A stretch of 20,000 bases of DNA from Priapulus caudatus (lineage: Eukaryota). The stretch is from NCBI RefSeq assembly GCF_000485595.1, contig NW_014577071.1:929519-949518 (forward strand). Direction: 5' to 3'. Position numbers and translations under genes: made by a program. Under the pieces are notes generated by a model. The model had not been told where the DNA came from and searched no databases. It saw nothing but the letters and a program-made list of their open reading frames with translations. This document shows positions 1-10,555 of the stretch, one piece after another; the stretch's first letter is position 1; each line of letters begins with the position of its first letter.

Positions 1-685
1 GATATATATAAAGGGATTCTAGGTTAAATTGACTACGTTACGAATTTTCTATGGTAACATTTGTAAAATGTTTGTTGCCATTTTTTTACATTAAAAGTAA
101 GAACTAACGGGACTAAACGTATCGTCAAATTTTTACCTGATAACTCTCAACTAGTTAAAAATCCAAAAAAACCTGGACGATTTGATATTAGTGTTCCTAA
201 CATTAATTGCTTGCTATGGGCTATGTATGCGTCACGAGTGTATGTTCACATTGAACAATATAGTAAAATAAGAAGTATAATGCATTTTAGCAAGTAGTCG
301 GATCCCGTCTCCAACACGAAAACGGCGGACCGGTTACCATGACCACGCAACGACACAATTACACAACAAGACCAATCATACTGTTCATGCTTTCAGACGT
401 CTATAGGGCATCTACCTTGCGTGAATAATGCAAAACTAGCACACTCTAGTAACGAATATTTTCGCGAGAAAGATCAGAAAATGCATTTTTCAGAGACGAA
501 ATAGTCCAACATTGGGGAACAATTGGCGGAAGACTAGTGATGTCTGCTTCCTATAAGTGCCTCACATATACATTTTTCTAGGAAAGTAACGCGAACTCTC
601 GGAGGCAATTCATGTAAACGTACCCTAAACAAAATGCTAAGCTCGACCAGCGTAACAGAATATATAGATGCATAATCATTATTTT

Positions 686-804
686 GCGTACGTGTGTGCG
701 TTTGCGTGCGTGTGTCCGTGTCTGTGCGCGAATGCGCGAGAACGTGCGTGACGTGCGTGAGTGCGTGCGAGCGGTTGCGTGCGTGCGTGCGTGCGTGTGT
801 GTGC
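686..804 (+). repeat. (GCGT)n/(GT)n compound microsatellite
   Basis: Directly visible. Confidence 0.9.
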
Positions 805-960
805 ATCATTACTCTTACTCTTCTTTGCAGGATACTTGACGGACGATGCATTAAGAGTCATATATTTTGACATATAGTTTACGTGTAGACTAATGTAAAA
901 CCGCGGACTATTGTTCGTTTGAACCCAGTTATCCGCACTCAGTATAGCGTGGTTTTCTTC

Positions 961-1231
961 GATCTATATTATAACCAATCAGTTTTTTGTTAATCTGCAA
1001 ATTCAGAATATATTATTGAACATCTCAATAGTCGTAATTCTAACACATATAACTGTTTTAATTCGAGAAACACTTGATTCCGTTCTCGATCAATATTATA
1101 ACAAATCAGTTTCTTGCTAGTCTGCAAATTCAGCATATATTATTGAACAACTCAATAGTCGTAATTCTAACACATATAACTGTTTTAATTCGAGAAACAC
1201 TTGATTCCGCCCTCGATCAATATTATAACCA
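961..1231 (-). repeat. 127-bp tandem repeat, ~2.1 units, inverted relative to the P450 3' copies
   Basis: GATC(T/A)ATATT recurs at 961, 1088 and 1215; the tract is the reverse complement of 12358-12612. Confidence 0.92.
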
Positions 1232-1239
1232 GATGATTC

Positions 1240-1804
1240 ACACGTGAATTAAAGGTGAGATGTGTAAATGTATAAAATGATATCTGATGTATAATGTATT
1301 TATATTAAAACATATTAGAAAAAATAATGTCAATATTAGAGATATCATCACTACATAACTGTGTGCTAAGACCCGACTAACATTTAAAAGTTTTATATAG
1401 AGACAGTTTGAAATATACATGTGTAATAGACTGACAATATATGGCTTCGCTGATGGTTTGTGGCGGCCATTTTGAATTCTTGGCTTTCAATGGTCGTATG
1501 TTGTGGGTGTAATTAGTTTAGGAATGTGCATGACTGTTTAATGAGCAAAACAATATCAAATGTTTGAAGATTGACCGAATATTACAGAAGTTATTGCATG
1601 TTTAGCATGCCTACCCCCTTAATTTATACGCACTCCAATGGGAATATATACGATCTGCATTTTTTGTGATAAAAGAAAATTGCCCAAGGGTGCCAATGTG
1701 ACACTCGGTGGATTCTGGTTCAGGATAGTTTAAAGATCAGGAAACCACAAAAAACCCTGTATATATACCTGATTGCAACGCTCAGTCATTTGGCAACAGG
1801 ACTA
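1240..1804. mobile_element. One-ended fragment of a second Academ-like element
   Basis: Ends ...TTTGGCAACAGGACTA (reverse complement TAGTCC..., same TAGTC start as the 13248 element); internal GGCGGCCATTTTGAA motif as in the Academ TIRs. P450-upstream homology (TATGCCATTATCGG, cf. 3133 and 10306) resumes exactly at 1805. Left boundary approximate. Confidence 0.6.
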
Positions 1805-1989
1805 TATGCCATTATCGGAGCAATTTCGTCAATATAAAAGGGATTCTAGGTAAAATGACATGCTAGTTACACCTTGTAGTGAGTTGCCGAGCATATATTA
1901 GACCGATTCTTCGGCGTTCATTATAAATATTGCCCAGACTGGTTTTCCCAGATACCTGATGGACTATATAGCCATGAAACTCATGTAAA

Positions 1990-2256
1990 CATACCAATGT
2001 TGACACATGTTGGCTTACTTGTACACTATGTCGTAAAGATTTTCTGCTAAGCTGAACAAACAGACGTCAATTGGTTGCTGTAATAAGGGTGGGAGTCTAA
2101 CTACTCACTTCGATTTACTTCTTTTTAGCTTGCCATTATTGTACATCTTGCATGGTCTATAATATGAATCCAGTGAATTGCGCGCAGACGGGTCGCACAG
2201 CTAGGCTCGCGTTATAAATCAGGCAACCTTCTCTTGCCTCGCTGTACGATAGCGAT
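1990..2256 (+). promoter_or_regulatory. Diverged promoter of P450 copy 1
   Basis: Shares the blocks CCAAT, TTGGCTTACTTGTACACTAT, TAAGCTGAA, ATTGGTT, GGTCTATAA, ATCCAGTGAA and ACGGGTCGCA with the copy 3 upstream region. Confidence 0.5.
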
Positions 2257-2890
2257 ATGGATCTCTTCGCTTTGCTATGATGCCACCTATGATGCAAACT
2301 GCATTCGGGATGTCGTCGATGATTATATCAGAGAACAAAAGGAACAGTTTAAGTTGCTTGGAGAAGAAAGTACATTTACTGAGAGCCAGTTCGCAAAAAC
2401 CCTGTCTGATCTTATTATTGCTGGCATCGAGACCTTCAGCACCACCTTTGACTGGTTCGCATTCTACATGGCTATGTGTCCCGATGTTCAGAGCAAGGTG
2501 CGTACAGAGATTGATGAGGTAATCGGGACAAGGCTGCCAACTTACGAAGATCGTCTGAAGATGCCCTACACAGAGGCTACCTGTATAGGGCTGCAGAGGA
2601 TTGGGAATATTGGGCATGGCCTTGTTCTTCGCACGGTCACCAAAGATATTGAACTTGAAGGATACAACATTCCGGCAGGGTCGGCTCTGATAGTCAATGT
2701 GTACACTATGCAGATTGACGAAGGATATTGGAAGAACCCCGATGAGCTTAATCCGGACAGATTTCTTGATGGTAGCGGTAACGTCATCGTGAAACCAGGC
2801 TCGTTCATGGCATTTTTGTTGGGTCGCAGAAACTGCATCGGCGAATCACTAGGTAGAATGGAACTATTCTTGTCTACGCTCCATCTACAC
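2257..2890 (+). pseudogene. Cytochrome P450 copy 1, doubly deleted pseudogene
   Basis: ATG at 2257 reads MDLFALL* (TGA 2278-2280). It is joined directly to sequence matching copy 3 from ~11607 (about 770 bp missing). P450 homology runs through FLLGRRNCIGE...ELFL and then switches to spacer sequence matching ~9724 onward. Confidence 0.93.
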
Positions 2891-3000
2891 AACGTTTTGC
2901 GATTATACGCGACTGTGTACTAAAATGGAAAGCGTTAATTTACTTTGCCGGGCTGCATTAAATACCCACTCGTCAGGACGTGAGGCAAGATAGGGGGGGG

Positions 3001-3046
<46 letters not shown>
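3001..3046. repeat. (AT)n microsatellite, paralogous to the one at 10197-10220
   Basis: Both are followed by GTATCTG(G/A)GATCGCTATACAG. Confidence 0.9.
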
Positions 3047-3263
3047 GTATCTGGGATCGCTATACAGTTCAGTTGGTTGGATTTCATATCAGCCAGCGGA
3101 ATGAAATATCATTGTATAATACTCCCTCTAATATGCCATTATCGGCGCAAACTCGTGCTAAATAATAAATTAAAATAAATAACATGCTAATGACACTTGT
3201 GGTAAGTTGGAGAGCATATATCAATGCATACATTCAGAGCCAAAACAAGGTCGTGACCTCATT

Positions 3264-3506
3264 GGGTGTTGCTAGAACGGTCGTCGAAGGAGGGTGCCGT
3301 TACGTGGCAGCACTAGTCACTTCGTACGCTTCAAAGTCCAAATCTTCCACAGTCATACTTCCGTGCTAGACATGGCCATATTTTCCTAACTCTAACCCAA
3401 ACCCTAATCCTAACTCTAACCCTAACCCTGACCCTAATCCTAATCCTAACACAAGTGCAGCCACATCACGTGACCCTCCTTCGACGCCCGTGCTCTAGCA
3501 AATCCC
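3264..3506. mobile_element. 243-bp MITE with 9-bp TSD (Mutator- or Merlin-type) and telomere-like core
   Basis: TSD GACCTCATT at 3255-3263 and 3507-3515, single copy at the empty paralogous site 10431-10439. About 50-bp imperfect TIRs (GGGTGTTGCTAGAACGGTCGTCGAAGGAGGGT... / ...ACCCTCCTTCGACGCCCGTGCTCTAGCAAATCCC). Confidence 0.92.
3385..3450 (+). repeat. Degenerate (CCCTAA)n telomere-like tract, about 11 units
   Basis: cctaactctaacccaaaccctaatcctaactctaaccctaaccctgaccctaatcctaatcctaac, located inside the MITE. Confidence 0.9.
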
Positions 3507-3591
3507 GACCTCATTGGTGCAGGTGGAAAGCGACCACCCGCCTAAAGTTTTGAAGAAAAATAATAAACACGGTTAGGTGTACTAAACGTAA

Positions 3592-3853
3592 TTAGTATCA
3601 TCGCCCGAGTGATTATAGGAAATCCTGCGCGCTGATTGGTCGAGACCTAGGTGAATATTTTTCAATAATCACCTCTAGGGTTTACATTGTAGTGGTGCCA
3701 AAAATGGCGGCTAGATTTGTAAATGTTACGGCAAATTTTGTCGTGGCAAATTTTCTTTTTTTTTCAAAGAAAATTTATTTTAAATTAATTAATTATTAAT
3801 TATTTATTAATTAATAAAAAAAATTTCACTTCGCCTTCGCGAATAATTGCTAA
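3592..3853. mobile_element. ~260-bp non-autonomous insertion, family uncertain (Crypton-like?)
   Basis: Absent from the paralogous site ~10508-10522 (AAACGTAA|ATAACC). Ends read TTAG...CTAA with no TSD, or alternatively a TAA duplication. The end motif TTCACTTCGCCTTCGCGAATAATTG resembles non-autonomous Crypton-like ends from memory only. Confidence 0.7.
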
Positions 3854-4564
3854 ATAAACCTTACACATTAAGTTATTTCACGTATCTCCTCTGAAACCGC
3901 CGTAAAGAATGTGCCCATTTTTCCTATTTTCCTATTATCGGGGGGGGGGTCCAATGTGGCGAAGACAATGCGCCATGTCACTAGGCTTTATTTTGCATGA
4001 CAACGTTACTAAAGCAACATTTCAACGACAACAACATTTCAGCGCGTTCCCCTTTGGCAGGTCGCCATTGCGATCGGTAAGTGCTGCCATATCTACGAAC
4101 AATTATTAACTAGAAAAAGAGCATGCGTGGCGCTATTTTGGTGCAAATCTGACAGCAGCAGACAACACAGGCGAATCGGCACACAGGCAACATAAATCTT
4201 AAATAACTACTCATAATATCGTTATTAGTGTAATTAATAGTGATAACAGTATTAGTATAGCATTCAAGAAGCCATTCAATGTGATAATGTGAGCTTTTCA
4301 TTGCGTGGAGTGAGTAGATACGGGTTTTCATGTTCAAGTGCGTGAGAATGGGTTTGTACGCCGTATCATAATCATGTGTATGCATTAACCCGACCAGGCT
4401 GTGTGACTAACGTCAATATACATTATTGACGTATATTCTTTACGTATACATTCGTGACGGGGTATTCTAACCCTAGCAATACCGTTTCTTGAAGTGTTAG
4501 CATATGCATGTACCGTTGTACGTGTGAACTGTATGTAGATGTAGGCGCCTACGAGGCTACGTAA

Positions 4565-5165
4565 GTGACAGTAGATTGAGATGTGTGACTGTAAACTGAG
4601 TGTTACGTATGTGACTATAGACTGAGATGTAACAGTAGACTGAGATGCACGTGTGTGACAGTAGATTAAGATGTATGACTGTAAACTGATACACGTACGT
4701 GACTGTAGCCTAAGATGCACGTACGTAACTATAGACTGATATGCACGTATCATGTGACTGTACATTTGAGATGTTGCGTATGTGACTGTAGATTGAGATG
4801 TGCGTTATGTGCTGTAGGTTGAGATGCGCATATGTGACTGTAGTGAGATGGCGTATGTGACTGTAGATTGAGATGTGCGTATGTAACTGTAGATTGAGAT
4901 GTGGTTGTAGCAGTATTCATATTATTTCATGCACTGCACCGACGCGCCATCTGTTATAAGCGCTGTACGTGAGTGAAAGAATCCAACATGGCAGCGCGCC
5001 CCTGTCAACATTGTAACTTCGTTCGTGCTTAATAAATCATCTTAACTACAACCAAGACTTGTCGAATACCATTACACGTATGTGACTGTAGATTAAGATG
5101 TGCGTATGTGGACTGTAGGTTGAATGTGCGTAGTGACTGTAGATTGAGATGTGCGTATGTGACTC
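4565..5165 (+). repeat. 26-bp minisatellite (GTGACTGTAGATTGAGATGTGCGTAT)n inside the Helitron, interrupted at ~4902-5075
   Basis: Directly visible degenerate units at 4565-4901 and ~5076-5165. Confidence 0.9.
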
Positions 5166-5491
5166 AGACTGCATGTAGACCCAGACCGAGATAGCTCCTG
5201 ACTTGTTGGTTCTTATAATTAGTTCCTGACTAGGCCTAGGCCTACTTCTTTCTTCGGTGTCCGACATTAGGTTCTGCACGCGCACCAAAACTGTGTAGGC
5301 CTACGGGTTTACTTTAGCTTTGACTTTGCATTGAAAAATATAGTGTCTTGTGTCATCTTATAATATTAGGTTTATATATAATATCTTATATTTTTTTTAG
5401 GTTATTTATAAACTTTTATTTATTATTATTAGGTTTATTTATTAGGTTTATTTATAATATCTTATAATATTAGTCAATATATAACATTATA

Positions 5492-6190
5492 GTGGATGAT
5501 GTGTTTTACCAATGTATCCGTTCCTCAGAACTGTATAGCTCTGTGATACTCACATCTCTCAATGAGACAACTTTGACACTAAATAAAAAAAGTCATAAAG
5601 AAACTACCAGGTTTCTCCAAAACCTACACCAGTGCACACAAAGCCATCTCGCATAATGAAAACGAGACCAACAACTACCTCCATGGAATTCCTTCACTCT
5701 ATTACCCCTACCGGCATGCCTCCATACCGCCTTATTTTAAAACCAAGAGCAATAATCATGCTATTACGCAACCTAGATATAACTAAAGGACTCTGCAACT
5801 GCACCAGACTCTACATTAGGAACCTCCACGACTATATTCTAGATGCCGAAAATCTTCAATGGAAGCCAGTCTCACAAAGATCCTCATCCCGTATGTGTTT
5901 ACTTGCCCATCCGACGCAAACCTTCCCTTCACACATACAGCGGATTCAATTTCCAATCAGACTTGCCTACTCTATGGATATAAACAAGTCCCAGAGCCAG
6001 ACTTTCGACAAACTCGGACTCTACCCTCCAGCCCTTGTGTTCTCCCACGGCCAGCTATATGTTGCTTTTCATGTGCCAGAGGCTACTCCAACACTACAAT
6101 CAAGTGGACAAACACTTCATCACAACGGTCTTGTTCTACAAAACAGGACCCTCAGGCAAAATGTTCATTACAAGGAAATCTTTTACAGGA
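5492..6190 (+). pseudogene. Helitron RepHel C-terminal PIF1-family helicase fragment, frameshifted
   Basis: ILTSLNE..LPG..YTS; EFLHSITPTGMPPYRLILK..IIMLLRNLDITKGLCNCTRL; ILIP..PSDANLPF; QFPIRLAYSMDINKSQSQT; VFSHGQLYVAF; QNVHYKEI, spread over several frames. Confidence 0.92.
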
Positions 6191-6257
6191 CTATGGTAGC
6201 ACTACCCCATAACCGACCCAACTTTTTAATATCAAATCTACTACTACTACTGTAACC

Positions 6258-6367
6258 CTGTTTAAATTTTGCTGTTTTTTATGGAATAAACTGAAGGAAT
6301 GTCTTCATTTTAGCTGGCTGTTTAAATTTTGCTGTTTTTATGGAGAAAACTGAAAGAATGTCTTCAT
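6258..6367 (+). repeat. 60-bp-period duplication near the Helitron 3' end
   Basis: CTGTTTAAATTTTGCTGTTTTT...GAATGTCTTCAT at 6258 and 6318. Confidence 0.85.
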
Positions 6368-6509
6368 GTCCGCAAATTTAAAAAGGGTAACATTTAAATT
6401 TTTAGGAAATTTTACCAGAACCGCAAACAAAACAGCGGCAAATATTTGCCGGCTTACAATATGCCACAGTCGACTTTGGCCAAACATGCGGAGCACGGTT
6501 ATTTGCTAG

Positions 6510-6760
6510 TATTAAGTATTCTACATGTGGTTTACCAATAGAAACCGATGACATACCTTGGCTTACTTGTACGCGATATCCACCATAGGCACGCTGAAAG
6601 ATTAGCACCCGATTGGTTCCTTTTGATAAACGTGAATTTCGTGAAGCGTAATTTTTAACAGACTTTGGACGCATCAGGGTATATAAGAATCCAGTGAACT
6701 GAGCGCGAACACTACCGCCGTATATATTACGGAACGCTTGGCTCGCTATATGATAGCGAT
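6510..6760 (+). promoter_or_regulatory. Putative promoter of P450 copy 2
   Basis: Homologous to 10536-10814; CCAAT ~6535, ATTGG ~6612, TATATAAG ~6680. Confidence 0.55.
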
Positions 6761-8280
6761 ATGGATCTCCTCGCTTTGCTAGGCGGGTTACTTAACAGGA
6801 ACACTCTTGCTTTGCTAGCAAGTCTTCTAGTGATTATTGTAATTCGCTATCTGGTGTTGAGACCACGAAACTGGCACCCGGGCCATGTGGCATACCGATA
6901 TTTGGCTACCTCCTATCCTTATTTAGGACCGGTTATCCATGGGATATCATTTTCAAGAAAGAGAGAAAATATGGCGACATTTGGAGTATGTATCTTGGAT
7001 CACAACTGGTTGTTGTGCTGCATAACTGGAAGTTGGCGAAAGAAGCGCTGATAGACCAAGCAGATCATACGTCTTTCAGATCTATTCAGCATGGCTTAAA
7101 AGTTGCAACTGAAGGAGGCCCGGGGTTTAGTTCACGCTAACGGCCGACAATGGAAGGACATCGGAGATTCTTGTGAAATCACTGAGGGGATTTGGTGTTG
7201 GAACAAGTCTATCGAAGAAGAGAATTATGGAAGAAGTAGATTATCTAACAACGCAGATGGCGGCGCAAACAAGGCAAGCCCTTCGGTCATTTCAACTACT
7301 TGCACTTGTGGTGTCTCGAATATTATTCTTCACGTAGTTTTTGGAAAACGATATTGACCTGGGATAACAAGGAATTGAATGTACTTATTCGAGCGTTACA
7401 TGGTATGTTTCATGACCTAGAAGGTTTTGTGAACCACTGATTTACGTACCATGGTTAAGACATTTACCATTTATTCGGACGAAATATACCGAAATGGTTA
7501 ACATATGGCGACTGTTATAAACTGGAGTAAGAAGCAAATAGCTGACATCGTTCCACATATGATCCAAAATGCATTGCGGGATGTCGTCGATGACTATATC
7601 AGAGAACAAAAGGAACAGTTCAAGTTGCGCTTGGAGAAGAAAAGTACATTTACTGAGAGCCAGTTCGCAAAAAAACCCTGTCTGATCTTATTATTGCTGG
7701 CATCGAGACCTTCAGCACCACCTTTGACTGGTTCGCATTCTACATGGCTATGTGTCCCGATGTTCAGAGCAAGGTGCGTACAGAGATTGATGAGGTAATC
7801 GGGACAAGGCTGCCAACTTACGAAGATCGTCTGAAGATGCCCTACACAGAGGCTACCTGTATGGAGCTGCAGAGGATCGGAAATATTGGCATGGCCTTGT
7901 TCATCCGTACGGTCACCAACGATGTTGAACTTAATGGTTACAATATTCCGGCAGGGTCTGCTCTGAGAGTCAATATGTACACTATGCAGATTGATGAAGA
8001 ATATTGGAAGAACCCCGATGAGCTTAATCCGGACAGATTTCTAGATGGTAGCTGTAAGGTTATGGTGAAACCGGACTCGTTTATGCCATTTTCGTTGGGT
8101 CGCAGAAACTGCATCGGCGAATCACTAGGTAAAATGGAACTATTCTTGTTCCTAACGTCCATCTTACAAAAATTCGAACTTACGTTTCCGAAAGGTGCCC
8201 CGCTACCAACCACGGAGCACATATGTCGCGGTATTACTATGTCTCCGAAACCTTATGAGATATGCGCAACACAGAGATAG
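6761..8280 (+). pseudogene. Cytochrome P450 copy 2, full length but frameshifted as given (possibly intact in vivo)
   Basis: Colinear with copy 3 from MDLLA to YEICATQR*. About 19 indels of 1-2 nt between ~6870 and ~7677 (manual count); clean frame from ~7680 to 8280 including ExxR, PDRF and FSLGRRNCIG. Confidence 0.9.
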
Positions 8281-8305
8281 TTTCATAACCAATCCATATA
8301 TTCAA

Positions 8306-8429
8306 ATATGTGTTAGAATTACGACTATTGCGTTGTTCAACGCTATATGATGAATTTGCAGATTAGCAAGAAACTGATTGGTTATAATATTGATCGAGGG
8401 CGGAATCAAGCGGTTCTTGAATTAAAACA
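8306..8429 (+). repeat. Single unit of the 127-bp repeat, 3' of P450 copy 2
   Basis: Same unit starting TGTGTTAGAA at 8309; ATTAAA at 8421. Confidence 0.88.
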
Positions 8430-8856
8430 TTAATATTTGGCTTTCATCGGACTAATATAGAAATAGTGCGCGCATAATAATTAAATGTCAAGCATTACTC
8501 AGGTAGGTTAGCATGTTTTAGCTGTTAAAATTCCTGTTTCTTGTGTTATTTGTTAGTTTGTATTTGTTATTTGTAGCCAAGTAGCTTAATTATTAAGTCA
8601 GTTACTGTGATAAATTAACCTAATAGCCTGTCGTTTAACTGCGATTACAATATTAATGTGTCCAATGCTGATAATATTCCATTGCTATCTAGCATTCATC
8701 CTTTAGTGAATCGATTTAGAAAGTCCAAAAACGTATATATATAAGACACTCAAGAAACATTTTCCATTACATGAGGAATAATTTGATAGAAGAATAACAT
8801 ATACATATATGAAATACTTTGCGGTGATACTTGTCGGTAACATAATCATAATTTAA

Positions 8857-9463
8857 GGATACACTCAAGGTTTTGTGCGACATTTTATTGATTTTTAATT
8901 CTCATTCTATTCGATGGCTGACACTAGGTGCCAACTCGGTACATGCTTATTTCTCCATATATCGATGCATGTGAACTTTGAGAGCATTTTCATTGTTCGC
9001 GTACGTGAGTAGTGAAGTAGTGTGTGGTAATGAAAAATGTCAGTAGATGTTTCACATACGTTTACCCATTTCACACACAGGCGGTCGGTCATTGTGAAAA
9101 GTAGAAAAACGTTGATTTCTCTGCTTTGATTTCTACGGGAGTAGCCGATGTAGGAATGGATGTTTCTATGTCATCACAACTTGGAAGAATTCAATTTTAC
9201 ACTTTCATTTTTCATATAATATGAGGTATGGTAAATATGAGACTTGACGAAAAATTCTGCCGCGCGATTTTGGTGCATATTGTGCTTAACTTGTGGCCGA
9301 AATTCTGCTTTCACACTCTTTGTGGTAACTATAAGAAATATCCGAAATGCCATTTTTACATAAAAATTAAAAATGTGTATTGTCACATAATTAAGTGGTA
9401 AACATTTCATGTAATGTTTAGGCTTGAGCCTTAGTGCTTGAGCATGCTTGCTTAAGTGTATCA
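8857..9463. mobile_element. 607-bp MITE with TTAA TSD, Kolobok-type
   Basis: TTAA at 8853-8856 and 9464-9467; 13-bp TIR GGATACACTCAAG / CTTAAGTGTATCA (2 mismatches); empty paralogous site ATAAT-TTAA-GAAGAC at 13008-13011. A purine-purine 5' end favours Kolobok over piggyBac (CCY). Confidence 0.85.
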
Positions 9464-10555
9464 TTAAGAAGACGTTACGTAATTATCTTCATATTTATAC
9501 GTAATTAGATATTGCCTTGATCTCTGCGGTATTTATCGTGCTTAATTAAATGTCTTATCAAAAAAAAAAAATTCACATCGGATGAGAATTCCTTGTATAA
9601 TGGTTTATGCACCCTATTTTCGTACTTATTTTTTATTTCATAACAGCTGACCTCTGACAGAATCGGTTTTCACGGCACGCATAACTTCTCTTCGTTGATT
9701 TGGTCATATCGGCGGGCCAAACTCTCGCTCCGTCTACACAACGATTATACGCAACTGTGAACTAAAATGTAAAACGTTAATTTACCTTTGCCCCGGGCTG
9801 CATTAAATACCCACTCGTCAAGAACGTGAGCAAGATAGGCGGGACGTTTTCTCGAGGCCCCGTCCGTGCAGCTCCGGACTTGCTGTGTGTGTTTAAGACG
9901 ATATAAATATGTTGACTTATACGTGCAAAGAAACATAAACAGATTTATCAGCTAATGGGGCGGTTATTAAAAGTATAACGTCTAGCTTAATAGACAGAAT
10001 GTAGACGAAATAGTTCGATAGCGGACCTCACTAATTATCAACTCTTAGGAAACGATCGTGCACCCTGTCATGTTGATAATGGCACATGGGCGTATGGAAA
10101 TGTGCAGGAGCCATCCATTGTATTTGCAATTGTATTTGCAATTGCATAGTAAGCGATTGCACAATTTGTGCTACAGGTAGTGGCAGATATATCTGGTATA
10201 TATATATATATATATATATAGTATCTGAGATCGCTATACAGTTCAGTTGGTTCGATTTCATAGCAGCCAGCGGAATGAAATATCATTGTATAATACTACC
10301 TATAATATGCCATTATCGGCGCAAACTCGTGCTAAATAATAAAATAGTTATAAATAACATGCTAACGACACCTTGTGGTGAGTTAGAGAGCATATATCAA
10401 TGCATACATTCAGAGCCAAAACAAGGTCGTGACCTCATTGGAGCAGGTGGAAAGCGACCACCCGCCTAGAGTTTTGAAGAGAAGTAATAAACACGCTTAG
10501 GTGTATTAAACGTAAATAACCTTACATATTACATATATTAGGTATTCTACATGTG

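Larger units (their letters stand above)
3885..6509 (+). mobile_element. Helitron, non-autonomous deletion derivative
   Basis: 3' end is an imperfect hairpin AACATGC-GGA-GCACGGTT (6483-6500), then CTAG (6506-6509), then T. Candidate 5' end A|TC at 3885 (less certain). No TSD; the block is absent at the paralogous site ~10535 (ACATA|TATTAGGTATTC). Contains a PIF1 helicase remnant. Confidence 0.85.

Noticed and set aside
502..507. TAGTCC as the left terminus partner of the Academ-like end at 1804
   Set aside because: The match does not extend beyond 6-7 bp and there is no matching TSD.
534..873. His/Thr/Ala/Arg-rich ORFs on the minus strand
   Set aside because: Translation of the (GCGT)/(GT) microsatellite.
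2612..2632. Apparent unique SRS5 sequence GHGLVLR in copy 1
   Set aside because: At nucleotide level it is the copy-2-like GMALF sequence read through a compensating +1/-1 indel pair, not independent amino-acid divergence.
2234..2923. 229-aa ORF as a real short P450 protein
   Set aside because: Starts at a non-ATG codon out of frame with the true ATG (2257), lacks the N-terminal half, and its C-terminus runs into spacer DNA.
3385..3450. True telomere or chromosome-fusion scar
   Set aside because: Short, degenerate and enclosed within a TSD-flanked MITE.
4385..5288. Repetitive minus-strand ORFs and possible CRISPR-like array
   Set aside because: Contiguous degenerate 26-bp minisatellite with no unique spacers and no cas genes, in a eukaryotic context.
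10031..10469. Cys-rich 127-aa ORF and overlapping ORFs in the spacer
   Set aside because: Built from a 12-bp duplication and an (AT)n tract; the frame is not preserved in the paralogous spacer.
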